From NCBI RefSeq assembly GCF_006345805.1, contig NC_043002.1:23436001-23500000 (forward strand): a stretch of 64,000 nucleotides of DNA, read 5' to 3'. The first letter of the stretch is position 1. The number at the start of each line of letters is the position of its first letter. The stretch comes from Octopus sinensis. Lineage: Eukaryota. The notes beneath the pieces were generated by a model that did not search any database, was not told the DNA's origin, and saw nothing but the letters and a program-made list of their open reading frames with translations. The translations under genes and the position numbers were made by a program. Below, piece by piece: positions 42,671-54,848 of this stretch.

Positions 42671-42804
42671 TCGAAAAATACCTTAGGAATGAGAACCCAG
42701 GTTCGAAATTTCCCCAAGACACCTGAAGAAAGCTTGAGGGTGTATCAGCCGAAACGTTGTATTAACAACAAACAAGATGAGGACAAATATCCGTCGAATG
42801 TACA
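42340..42804 (+). mobile_element. tRNA-headed element with a hammerhead-bearing tail and an upstream inverted tail copy
   Basis: Arms 42391-42498 and 42686-42793 are inverted; between them lie a tRNA-like head (A-box TGGCGTAGTGG, B-box AGTTCGATTCC, about 42518-42590) and (AAT)n. Confidence 0.75.
42421..42466 (-). ncRNA. Minimal type I hammerhead ribozyme motif
   Basis: gacac-CTGAAGA-a-ggctg(10 nt)cagcc-GAAAC-GTT-gtgtt; a mutated partner lies on + at 42718-42763. Confidence 0.7.
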
Positions 42805-43059
42805 GGGGTTGTTGCATATGCGAATAAACATTCAAAAATTAGGGAACGGAGTAGATAAAATCCGAGCTAATTCCCAATGAGTTAACACGAAATCTCCCAA
42901 CGACAGTATAAACTTCTTATAATCAAAGTATCCTTGGCCCGAAAAGCAGCTTGCAGTCTACGCATCGTTTCGATAATTTACCACCTCAGAGCTTCCGCTA
43001 TGAAGCACATGTAACCTGGATTTTATCAAGTCCATTCCCTAATTTATATATATATATAG

Positions 43060-43342
43060 GGCAGCGGACTCAATGTCGTAAGATCGCGGTTTCGATTCCC
43101 AGACCGGGCGTTGTGAGTGTTTATTGAACGAAAACACCTAAAAGCTCCACAAGGCTCCGACAGGGGGTGGTGGCGATCCCTGCTGTATTCTTTCGCCACA
43201 ACTTTCTCTCACTCTTTCTTCTGTTGGCCAGCTCGCTCAGCCAGCGGGGTGGCGTCATTGGAAGGCTAAAACAATGCGAAGCGCATTGTGACCAGCGATG
43301 TGTAACAACATCTGATAGCCTGGTCGGTCACGTGATCACGTG

Positions 43343-43343
<1 letters not shown>
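43060..43343 (+). mobile_element. SINE family D (tRNA-like head, CACGTGAT repeat tail)
   Basis: GGTTTCGATTCC B-box; the 3' part is also present inverted at about 31575-31722. Confidence 0.65.
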
Positions 43344-43404
<61 letters not shown>

Positions 43405-44883
43405 GAGTGGCTGTTTGGTAAGTAGCTTGCTTACCAACCACAAGATTCTGGGTTCAGTCCCACTGTGTGGCATTTTGGTCAAATGTCTTCTACTATAGCC
43501 TCGGGCCGACCAAAGCCTTGTGAGTAGATTTGGTAGACGGAAACTGAAAGAAGCCCGTCGTATATATGTGTGTGTGTGTGTGTGTCTGTGTGTGTGTGTC
43601 TGTGTGTGTGTGTCTGTGTGTGTGTGTCTGTGTTTGTCCTCCCAACATTGCTTGACAACCGATGCTGGTGTGTTTATGTCGCCGTAACATGCTTGCGTGT
43701 GTATGGAGGGGAATAACAAATGGAGAATCCCCGAAATATCATACCATCTTCACTGTTCTTCTTATCTATTGTATCTGGAGAAAGTGGATCAGTTTACCCC
43801 GTACTTTCTCATTTTTTTTTTTTTTGTAGTGTCAAGCATTTAGAGTTCTATGTAAATCTTTTGTTATGTAGCCCAATCTATCTATGATAGTAAGAACAAA
43901 TTAAAACCTGGATATAAAACCTATTAGTTTCTCAGTTCTCTATAAATGTTCCTACATAGGTTATCTTTCATAAGATAAGCAAATTCGTTTCACCATCACG
44001 TAGCTCAGGGTTCAATCCCAGTGTGTGTGTGTGTGTGTGTGTGTGTCTGTGTTTGTGTGTGTGTGTGTCTGTGAGTGTGTCTGTGTGTGTGTCTTTGTGT
44101 CTGTGTCTGTGTCTGTGTGTGTGAAGGCGTGCGGGAGCATACCGATGTAAAATACCATTGGGCCGTGTCCCTTTACCTCAAATTGCTTCTGTCCCATTTG
44201 ATTCAAATGGACGCGACTCGAAGCAGAGTTAATGTATGAGAATAAGTTTTGAGTCTCAAACATATATTCGACTAAAGCCCGTGCAACGTTCGCTGATCCA
44301 GTCAGAGTTTTACGTTAGAAATACTATTTTCGCTGCGGGAAGAAAAATATTTACGTCAGCTGGAGAAATCCGGTTATGCTCATTTCCCTTCACTCGAAGA
44401 AGCCAAACCTATACACAATAACATATTTGGGATGAGAGAAGAACCTTAACTGAATCTTGTTCGTAGTTTGGCAACTTCAGACTATTAAATATTCCATCTG
44501 ATGAGGAAGTTGACACTCTATGTATATGTGTGTGTGTATGTATGTATGTATTTATGTATGTATGTATGCATGCATGCTCATACATGCATGCAATCATGGA
44601 TGGATAGATGTTTTATCTTTTTACGTATTCCTTATTTAATTAAGGCAATCGGGTGAGATTTCAGGGATATTTAGCTGCTAATTCTAGCAGATCGAGCAAC
44701 CACGAGGCTCCCTCATTTTGTTGATTGTAGTATGAAAGTATCTTCTAAATTAGAGTGAAGGGAGGTAATAGAATAGGCATTTAGAGTTATTTCCCTTGTC
44801 TTGCATTATGTCTTTGGTGTCATGTCTTGTGCATGTGTAGGAACGATATAAACAAAACTGACCAAACGAAGCCATCTACCAAG

Positions 44884-45463
44884 ATGACGACACCAGAATG
44901 GTCGCATTGTCCACAATGTCTACAATGTCCACTTCGACAAGCTTCAGAGTCTACCTCAGCAAAGTCTGAGTCCGGTTTCGTTGCCGCTATTCTAGTCTGG
45001 CTCAACAAACCACACGTTGTCAACCGACGCTTGATCGGTTCACGGTTGATCGCCACATTTTCTTACCCTCGTATTACGACCAGGGAAGAAACCCGAAAAT
45101 TCTTGGATACAGTAAAGAACAGATTCGTCCATTCAACACGCTGGACGGGTGAATCCTCTATTCAAAGAGGCATTGAAAAACGGCAAGACAATGTTGATTT
45201 TACGAGCGAAGAGGCTGTGAGAAGTGAACATCATACGAACGAAAACAATGTTACAAGGGAGAAAAGTAAACACTTTACAGAAAAAGATGTTACACGTGGA
45301 TTAAATGGACACTGTTCAAATGACGATAATGTTGAAGATCATTACACCGATGTGCAGATGGAAGACCTTATCACGTCCCCGGAAGATCTGGTTATTTTCG
45401 TTCGGGACTTGCTACCGAGAAATCTGGATTTACATCAAATCCTACGGGAAGTGATTACCTACG
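44884..45463 (+). CDS. TRMT44: tRNA (uracil-O(2)-)-methyltransferase TRMT44, coding exon 1
   Basis: Contains F..AI.VWLNKPHVVNRRLIGS and RDLLPR; donor G|GTAAGT (phase 1). An alternative in-frame ATG lies at 44833. Confidence 0.8.
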
Positions 45464-45601
45464 GTAAGTGAACAATTAACTGTAAAGCAACCCTTACTTC
45501 AAATTAAGTTCTACCTACTTCGGTTAATATAGGGCGTAACACCTATTACACACATTTTTTTTTTGATTTTCTGATATTTGTTACGCCCTATATTAACCCC
45601 T

Positions 45602-45670
<69 letters not shown>

Positions 45671-45721
45671 AGCATTATGGGTTACCTCTTATGTAAGAAT
45701 TTTTTTCTCATCTGTTTTCAG

Positions 45722-45845
45722 ATCAACAACGTCAGGAATTCCATTTTTATCCAATTGCCCGGTTTAATAAAGAAGGTGCTTGCCTCTCTGTTGACAATGA
45801 TATGCCATACAGTTTCATGTTTTTGGCATCAGACTCAAGCAACAG
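45722..45845 (+). CDS. TRMT44: TRMT44 exon 2
   Basis: ttttcag acceptor, open frame DQQRQEFHFYP...PYSF, donor AG|GTAAC; phases 1 and 2 fit the neighbours. Confidence 0.75.
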
Positions 45846-47314
45846 GTAACAAAGTATATATTGTTATTGTTGTTGTACCAGATAAAGTCTTCTTCATCTA
45901 GCCCAAGCCATCCAAGAAGCTAACTAACTTCCATGGAGAACCACAGATCCTACATGTTGGATAGTAGAGTAAAAGAAACCTGGTTTGTCAGCTTGATATA
46001 TAGTCTATTGTTCTACAATCTAACCAGTCTTTGTTGTGGGACAAGTTCACCTTGAGTGTGTTTGAGGCACACTTCATTGTCAAATGTTATTGTGCCTTTG
46101 TTGGAATAATAAGCATATCCACAGTAAACAAATGAGCAAAACTCTGTGTTACCAACAAAATCATGATCTAGCTCTATACTTTTAATGATCAGTAGAATAA
46201 GAAAACTCCCTTCAAAAACAGGTAAAAGTTAATGACAGAAAGGGCATCCATCTGTAAAACAATTACTCAGTAATATGTATTCATCCAACCCTTGCAGGCA
46301 TGAAAAAAATAGATGTAAAGTAGATGAATAAACAAGGTCACAAGCAGCTTATCCCAGTCTTTTGGAGCATTTCAGCAACTTAGTGAGCATGACTACCCCT
46401 TGAACAGGATGACAAGTCATTGCAAGGTTCAGACTTCCAACAGTCACTGGTACTCATTTTTCAGCTGAGTGGACTGGAGCAATGTGAAATGAAGTGTCTT
46501 ACTCAAGGAAACAAGGTGCCACCGAGTTCAGGAATTGAACCCACTATATTATATTCCAACATCCTAACAACTACACTAAGCACCTTCACATACATTCACA
46601 CTCATGCACACATTATTTAACCCTAGTCATTGAAATACAGTGACCAGGTTTCAATTAATTTTGAAGATAATGAAAAATTTAGTAAAATAACTTTATCATT
46701 ACTAAGTCGGTGATTGGAACATAAACTAACATGAAATTGTAATAAGAGATTTTAATTTCACTTTAAAACATGAAGTTGATATCCTAGAACCAGGTGCTGT
46801 CTCAAGTGGGTTGGTATCAAAAGGGCTAAATATCAATAATTCTGCAACAACAGCCACATAGTATAATCGCCTGCACGCAATAATGTTGGTCAAACATAAC
46901 GAATCTTTTGAGCTCATTCAAGCTTTCAATTTTGTCATTTTCTTCCCGTAAGATCATAATATATGAAGTGTCAAGTATTATTACTGCAGAAATCAGATAT
47001 ATCCATTCAAAATGTTGTTACCCTTAACTGCAGAAAGCAGTTTTATACACCAATCTATCTTATGTTGCGGAATGTCATATTTGAAACTACTTACTGAAGC
47101 AATGTAACTTTCAGAAAATGCCAATTTTTTTTTTTTGAGGGGAGGGGGATAAATATTTAACATCATTACTGAAATAACCATGAAATTTAATTTCACAGTT
47201 TAAGGATGTTATAGAACCAAATGTAGAAATTTTAATGTTATTGATGATATTATTGACAATTTATTTATTAATTTCTTTTTGGTTCTTTTCCTTTGTTTTT
47301 CTTCTACAATCCAG

Positions 47315-47531
47315 GATTGAACTTAAAATCTGCAAAGCTATAAAAGATGATCCTTCACTGGCTTCAATGACTTATTTCTGGTTAGAGAAGCGTCTCTTAT
47401 GTAAAGTAGCTCGCTGGTCTGGAGCAGAAACCTTGCGTACTGATACATTGTCACTCAGAACTGTACCAGTTGAGGCCTACAACCAGCTCTACAACCAACT
47501 AAAGGCTAAATATGGTCCTAAGCTGATTGAG
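47315..47531 (+). CDS. TRMT44: TRMT44 exon 3
   Basis: WLEKRLLCKVARWS...SLRTVPVEAYNQLYNQLKAKYG; AG/GT boundaries, phases 2 and 0. Confidence 0.88.
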
Positions 47532-49571
47532 GTAAGATCCTTGAACTGAAGTGAAATGTGTGAACTAATTCATTGCTGTTGTTGTTGGTGGCAGTGTCAT
47601 CATCATCATCTGCCAGTCAATCCCAAATCTAGCAGACATATGATCAAAGGCAGTCCAGTCAAAAATATCCTACCTTTTGCTTTTAGTAATAGGCCACCTG
47701 ACTGGCCTTCATGCTGATGGCATGTAAAAGCACCCACTACACTCTCTAACGCCAACCACTCCGTGAGTGTAGTGGGTGCTTTTTACGTGCCGCCGGCACA
47801 GGTGCCAGGGGAGGCTGACAGCGGCCACAATTGGTTGGTGGTTTTGATCAATATTTACATGAAATTAAACAACAACAATAAATTAATCAACAATTTATTT
47901 GATCAAATAATCTTAGATATAAATTGTCAATTGAATGACATGAAGGTCATGGCTGGAATGGCTTTTATCATATATTTGCTCAAGCAGAATTAACTTGGGT
48001 TTAAACAGCAACATCCACAAACACATTTTGTAATACGTACACTTGTCAATATGTACCTCCTTTGTCCACTTCTCCTTTTACCCTGACCTTTCACTAATCT
48101 ACACACCCCATTCTAAACCCTTTATCCAATCATTGTATCCCTTTGGGTCTTCTATATTGCTCCTACCTCCTATTTTCCTACCATCCATTCAACTGGCCTT
48201 CAAGATTAATTTTGTTGCCTAAGGATGCTGGGGATCTACAAAGATAGTACTGAAGCTCCATGAACCAAGTTCAGAATTCCAAGATGTAACAGTGTAAAAT
48301 ATATATTTACTCGTAATAAGGTTGGCAGAGATAAATTTATAAAATTTCCAAGTGATTTTCAAATCTACAAGTACAGTCTAAATTTTTAGATGCTTTTTAG
48401 ATACATGATTTACTCTTAAAAGCATCCCGTGAATTGAAATTTGGAACATAGTATTAAGAAAACAGCATCAATTATCTCATTAGCTATTGTTACCATATTT
48501 CTGCTGAAATACTCTTTATTTGTTTCAGTCATTTGACTGTGGCCATGCTGGAGCACCGCCTTTAGTCGAGCAAATCGACCCTAGGACTTATTCTTTGTAA
48601 GTCTAGTACTTATTCTATCGGCTTCTTTTGCCAAACCGCTAAGTTACAGGGACATAAACGCACCAGCATCAGTTGTCAAAAGATGTTGGGGGGACAAACA
48701 TATACACACACACATACATATATATATATACGACAGGCTTCTTTCAGTTTCCATCTACCAAATCCACTCACAAGGCTTTGGTCGGCCTGAGGCTATAGTA
48801 GAAGACCCTTGCCCAAGGTGCCATGCAGTGGGACTGATCCTGGAACCATGTGGTTCATAAGCAAGCTACTTACCACACAGCCACTCCTAGACCTTTGTGA
48901 CAATAAATTTTTAAAAAACAAAGAACTTAGTAAAATAACTTTGTCATTATTAAGCTGGTGTTTGGAACAAATTAATGTAAAATTTTCATGGAAAATTCCA
49001 ATTTAAATCAATTTAATCCTTTAGCATTTAAACTCGCCATGTACAGAGCAAATATTTTACCTGTTTAATGCCCAAGCTAGCCAAATCCAACCTCTCACAC
49101 TTATCCTTAAATATCACTCTAAAAATAAACAATCACATCATCAAAATCTTGAAACTACAAGAAAAGGTATGATTAATTCAAAACAATATGAATAAATAAT
49201 CATTACATTTGAGAGAGTAATCTGAATGCTAAAGGGTCAAAGCAGAACCAGAGTCACAGCAAATGCATTTGGTTAATAACTGCTTTTTATTTAGTTATGT
49301 TTTCAGTTACATATATCTTTTAATTTCAGAGATAAAACTGTCAAAACAAGTTTGTAGTTACTAGAGTCATCTTATTGAGTGGACTCACCTTTCAAAAGCC
49401 TGGGTCTGCTGAAAAGATGAGATGGTTAAGGCTACTGATCATAGCTCTGTGCAGTCAAGTCTAACTGGGGCTAAACAAGAAATACCTTCAGAACTTCAAT
49501 TTCAGTATTATTGTTGTTGTTGTTGTTGTTATTGACAGTTTCACTTTGTAATTTTGACCTCTTTGTTTCAG

Positions 49572-49640
49572 GAATGGCCAGAAAGAACTGACCCCAAGAA
49601 GTTTGTCTATGAAGATATTGCCATTGCTACATTTCTTTTG
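49572..49640 (+). CDS. TRMT44: TRMT44 exon 4
   Basis: EWPERTDPKKFVYEDIAIATFLL, a hallmark Trm44 motif. Confidence 0.92.
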
Positions 49641-51172
49641 GTAAGCTATAATATAGACATATAATTCTTAAAGGTTTACACATATGTATACATATATATT
49701 AGAGAGAGCTAATAGTGAGGGATTACCAATCAGAGCAAAATACTTCATAAGCTCTCTGTTGGCACACCAGGCTAACAATATTACTTAGATCAGTGAAGAA
49801 CTCCAGGTAATCTTGTGGCAAGGTCTAAGATTATGGTTTATCACAATTCTATAGTGTAAATCTTTAGATGGGCTCCAGGCAAACTGGTTTTTACAAAGAG
49901 TGATATATAAGAAACAAGTTTAAAATAATTGTCATTACATATTATATATTTTTCCTTTATTGACTATATATAAATATATAGGTGCAGGAATGGCTGTGTG
50001 GTAAGTATATTGCTTACCAATTACATGGTTCCGGGTTCAGTCCCACTGCATGACACCTTGGGCAAGTGTCTTCTACTATAGTCTCGGGCTAACCAAAGCC
50101 TTGTGAGTGGATTTGGTAGATGGAAACTGAAAGAAGCCCGTCGTATATATGTGTGTGTGTGTGTTTGTCCCCCCAACATTGCTTGACAACCAATGCTGGT
50201 GTCTTTACAATCCCATAACTTAGCGGTTTGGCAAAAGAGACCAATAGAATAAGTCCTGGGGTCGATTTGCTCAACTAAAGGCAGTGCTCCAGCATGGCCG
50301 CATCCAAATGACTGAAAAGAGTAAAGAGTAAAAAGTGAATTTGCTTGATAGAAACTAAAAGCCCATCATATATATGTAGGGGGTGGGGTTTATGTTTCCT
50401 TGTGATGACATTGTTTGATGGCTGCAAATGAGCATTGCCATCATACATGTGGAAACGTGTCTCACCATGTGGGAATATCACATTAATTGTAAACAGACAT
50501 CAAGAACTAAGGGGGAAAATCTACCTCAGTTGTAGCCGACCCATGTGAGCTTGGATGATGATGTGTCTGTTGTGGTAGGGATGGGGATATCCTTGTCTTG
50601 ACATTGTGCAATCATCATCATGATCATCGTTTAACGTCCGTTTTCTGCGCTAGCACGGGTTGGACAGTTCGACCGGGGTCTGGGAAGCCAGGGGCTGCTC
50701 CAGGCTCCAGTCTGATCTGGCAGAGTTTCTACGGCTGGATGCCCTTCCTAATGCCAACCACTCCGCGAGTGTAGTGGGTGCTTTTTACGTGCCACCTGCA
50801 CAGCAATAGTTGTAAGAAAATGTCACCATTATTCAAGCAGTGTCATTTATTTCCAATATTGCTTTTCTTGTAAACAGGTCATGGTTGGCAACAGGAAATG
50901 AGCCCCTCATTTGTGACAGAAGGTGGAATGTTCACATACACAAATACCACTTAGAATGAAATTTAAGTAGGGAGTATAACATGGACAGCAGAGATGGATT
51001 ATAGATAGGGATTAAGAAATTTGTATCATGGTGAAGAGTTCTATATGTGGTTTCATACTGACATTGTTGTTGTTGTAGTTATTCGTTATGTATTGTTGGC
51101 ATTGCCATTATTGTTGCTCAGGTATTGATACTGAAGCAGAAAGAATATTAAATGGGATGTTTGTTTGGTTTT

Positions 51173-51203
<31 letters not shown>

Positions 51204-51371
51204 TTCATCATCATCATCACATTAAATGAAGATGAAGATGATGATGATGATATATATATATACCAGAGTAAGCATATAAATGCAAAACAAGGTGGAGAAA
51301 ATAGTACTTGTATACCGGAGGTAGAGTAATATGCTTTATTAATAAAGCTGCAAGGATATCACAAAAACTGT

Positions 51372-51424
51372 AAAAATATGGAACACTTCACAAATTTGCA
51401 TGTCATCCTTGTGTAGGGGCCATG
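51372..51424 (-). pseudogene. RNU6: Inverted 3'-half U6 snRNA copy
   Basis: The reverse complement reads CATGGCCCCTACACAAGGATGACATGCAAATTTGTGAAGTGTTCCATATTTTT. Confidence 0.88.
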
Positions 51425-51524
51425 TTTCGGTAGTACATATACTAAAATTGGAACAATACAGAGATGATTAGCATGGCCCCTGTGCAAGGATGACACACAA
51501 ATTCATGAAGTGTTCCATATTTTT
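51424..51524 (+). pseudogene. RNU6: U6 snRNA retrocopy (about nt 7 to the 3' end)
   Basis: TTCGGTAGTACATATACTAAAATTGGAACAATACAGAGATGATTAGCATGGCCCCTGTGCAAGGATGACACACAAATTCATGAAGTGTTCCATATTTTT matches metazoan U6, including the ACAGAGA box, with mostly CpG-type transitions. Confidence 0.92.
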
Positions 51525-51770
51525 ACAGTTTAATGTCTTTGCAGCTTTATTAATAAAGCATAGTGTCTGTAATTTTTTCCCCACCAACTTCGCTTGACAA
51601 CCTATGCTGGTGTGTTTACGTCCCCGTATCTTGGCAGTTTGGCAAAAGAAACCGATAGAATAAGTCCTGGGATTGATTTGCTTGACTAAAGGTGGTGCCC
51701 CAGCATGGCCACAGTCAAATGACTGAAACAAATAAAAGAATATATAAAATATTCAATTGCTTCTCTTCAG

Positions 51771-51875
51771 CTTCTCTGGGAAAAAGAACGTCAAGAGACT
51801 AAGTGTGAAAAGCAGACTTTTGTTGATCTTGGTTGTGGAAATGGACTTCTTGTTCATCTACTCACTTCAGAAGGG
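51771..51875 (+). CDS. TRMT44: TRMT44 exon 5
   Basis: SAM-binding motif I FVDLGCGNGLLVHLL. Confidence 0.93.
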
Positions 51876-53168
51876 GTAAGTATCAAAGGTTCGCTTTTTC
51901 AAGAGACAATTTAGCAATTCTGTCAACTGTATCTTTGCTCTATATATTTGTAACCTTGCACAAAAACTTGAATTCTTTCACTGCCAAACATTTCAAACAT
52001 GGCAACTAAGACATTGAAGCCCTCCCCCCCCCCCCCCCCCCCCCAAATTGTTAGCCAAAAATAAAAAGGCAAGTTAACACAGATATTTATATGTTAAAGA
52101 ATTCCCAAGAAGAAACAATCTACAAAATAAATATTATCTCACTCTATGACATACATAAACAGTATAAACAAAAATTCTGAGAAAATGGCAACAAAATCTC
52201 CCTCTTTTGTTTGTATTACCAACAATAAGGAAATTTTATATGTGTATCAGTTATAAGAAAAAGAATAACCTGGCACAAATATGTGACCAAAACAAGTGCT
52301 TCCTTACCTGAAACTCTTATCTAGGAGTAGGAGATAATGAAAGTAGTTTACCTCTGCTTTGCAAGTAAATGAGGTGGTAGAATCATAAGCATACCAGACA
52401 AAATACTTAGCAACATTTCTTCTGGCTCTTTACATTTTGAATTCAGATACCAATGAGGTTGACTTTGCCAGTCATTCTTCCATGGTCAGGAAAATAGTAT
52501 CAGTTAAACACTGGAGACTGCGGTAATCAACTTACCCCTCCCCTTAAAATTATTAGCCTTGTGCCAAAAATAGAAAAAATTATTATTATTATTATTATTA
52601 TCATTATCAAGGTGGCAAGCTGGCAGAACTGTTAGCACACTGGGCAAAATGTTCTGAGTTCAAATTCCACTAAGTTCAACTTTGCCTTTTGTCCTTTCAG
52701 GGTTAATAAAATAAGTACCAGTTGAACACTGAAGTTGATTTAATCAACTTAACCCCTCCCCCAAACCTGCTGGCCTTGTGCCAAAATTTGAAACCATTAT
52801 TATTATTTTTATTTTTATTGTTATTGCTATTATCATTTTAGCTACCAAATCTCCCAAATCAGACCCCATCTATCTTAAAGACATGTTTGATAACATGGTC
52901 CTGAATTCTCTACACATAGGTAAAAGATAGGATGGTCATGGATGGAATGCCCTTGATCACAGATCTGCTTATTCAGGTTCACTTGTGGTTAAACAATAAT
53001 AAAAACATTTGTCCTTCCTTCTTATAGACAGTAGAGTATGATTTACTGGAGGTTTTTGTGCTATTTCTAGCAGGATGAGTGACCCTACAGAGGACCCTCT
53101 CATTTGTTGTCTAACACACACATACATGACTCATACACAAGGAGTTTAAATCAACATTGTCTTTTCAG

Positions 53169-53240
53169 CATTCAGGTCTCGGCATTGATATCCAAAAAAG
53201 GAAGATCTGGGACATGTATGGTGATGCAACCAGACTGGAG
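53169..53240 (+). CDS. TRMT44: TRMT44 exon 6
   Basis: HSGLGIDIQKRKIWDMYG; phases 0 and 0. Confidence 0.92.
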
Positions 53241-53284
53241 GTAAGGACTAAACAGATTCAACACACACACTCATATATATCGTT

Positions 53285-53680
53285 GTCGTCGTTTAACGTC
53301 CGCTTTCCATGCTGGCATGGGTTGGACGGTTTGACTGGGGACTGGCAAGCCAGGAGGCTGTACTAGACTCCAATCTGATCTGGCAAGGTTTCTACAGCTG
53401 GATGCTCTTCCTAATGCCAATCACTCCAAGAGTGTAGTGGGTGCTTTTTATATGCCACTGACATGGGGGCCAGTCAAGCGTCATTGGCATTGACCATGCT
53501 TGAATGGTGCTTTTTACGTGCCACCGGCATGGGAGCTAGTCCGATGACACTGGCATCAACCATGCTCAAATGGTGCCTTTTACTTGCAACTGGCTTAAGC
53601 GCCAGTCAGGCAGTACTGACATCGGCCACGACAGTGATTTTACTTAACTCAGTAGGTCTTTGCAAGCACAGCACATTGCC
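53285..53680 (-). mobile_element. Repeat family C (SINE/LINE-tail-like, (GAT)n end, internal repeats of about 55 bp)
   Basis: Shared block TTTAACGTCCGCTTTCCATGCT...CAGCTGGATGCCCTTCCTAA...GTAGTGGGTGCTTTTTACGTGCC; also at about 47745, 50625, 55920 and 57140, and inverted at 58265-58550. Confidence 0.65.
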
Positions 53681-53687
53681 CAACGAG

Positions 53688-53761
<74 letters not shown>

Positions 53762-53763
53762 CA

Positions 53764-54606
53764 CTAGCGAGACCCACGAATATTTCAAGGAATTAATGGT
53801 AAACTTATTGGGTTATGTAGTAAGGGCATAACATGGCAGTCCGGGTTTGGGACTGGTTTTGCTGTGATTTGGCCCCAAGAGGCATCATCTCAAGCTGGCT
53901 ACACGACACGATCTGTGTCCTTAAATTTTCGAACAAGGGAAAAAGAAAAAAAGATATGACATGGATCGTGTCGTGTGGCCGGCTGGGGACGATGTCTCCT
54001 GGAGCTGAATTGCAGCAACATTGGTCCTGGGCCGGGACTGCTATGTTGTGTTGGCAAACAATATTTACTACAAAGTACTGTTGCTGAATATCTCATGTTG
54101 TGAGATTTATAAATAGTAATTTTCTAATTTATTGGGTTATTTTCTGAAAACTTTATCAAAAGAACCTGAAAGCGTGGTCTGTGTTATCTGTATGGAAAGG
54201 TATATAATATCTGCTACTAATTGAAAAGTGAAGGAAACTGGAATATGATGATTGCTTAATGCACTTTATATACTTTATGCACAATTTCATTGACTTAATA
54301 ATACACATCATTGTGGCATTATTTCAAGCCATCCGGCTTTTGTGGCACAAACTGCACGTGCATTTTTCTCACGTACGCATAGTATCAATTGCAACAGCTG
54401 ATGTACTTGCACGTACAAATGCACATTCTCACGGCTTTATCGATCACATTCTCACCTGGAATCGATTTTTGTAATTTTTTCAAGACTTATACACGCCCTG
54501 ATATCGTCGGTATCTACATATCAAATTTGAGCGCAATCGGATGGAGGATGCCCAAGATCCTAGAAGACACACACACAGACAGACAGAACGGATTTTATAT
54601 AATAGG
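53764..54606 (-). mobile_element. Helitron-like element; its 5' end recurs inverted at 56730-56903
   Basis: CTAG|T terminus at 53764 and TATATAAAATCCGTTCTGTCTGTCTGTGTG-type 5' end, the same organisation as the other two Helitron-like copies. Confidence 0.55.
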
Positions 54607-54741
54607 TATGTGTGTGTGTGTATAAGTGATGATTTAGATGGGCGAAACTTTGAAGTCACAGCAATACTATTCTTCTTAAAGAATTATAAATTTGTGCTCT
54701 CACTCTCACATATCCACATATACTTTTTTATTTATTTTCAG

Positions 54742-54848
54742 TTAAGGGCTTTGACACCATCAGCTGACTCCTTATTTCCAGAATATGATTGGATAATTGG
54801 TAACCATAGTGATGAATTGACTCCTTGGATACCAGTTATAGCAGCCAG
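54742..54848 (+). CDS. TRMT44: TRMT44 exon 7
   Basis: DWIIGNHSDELTPWIPVIAAR, a hallmark motif. Confidence 0.93.

Noticed and set aside
51424-51524. Functional U6 gene
   Set aside because: 5'-truncated, many transitions, and the upstream sequence is an inverted copy rather than a PSE/TATA promoter.
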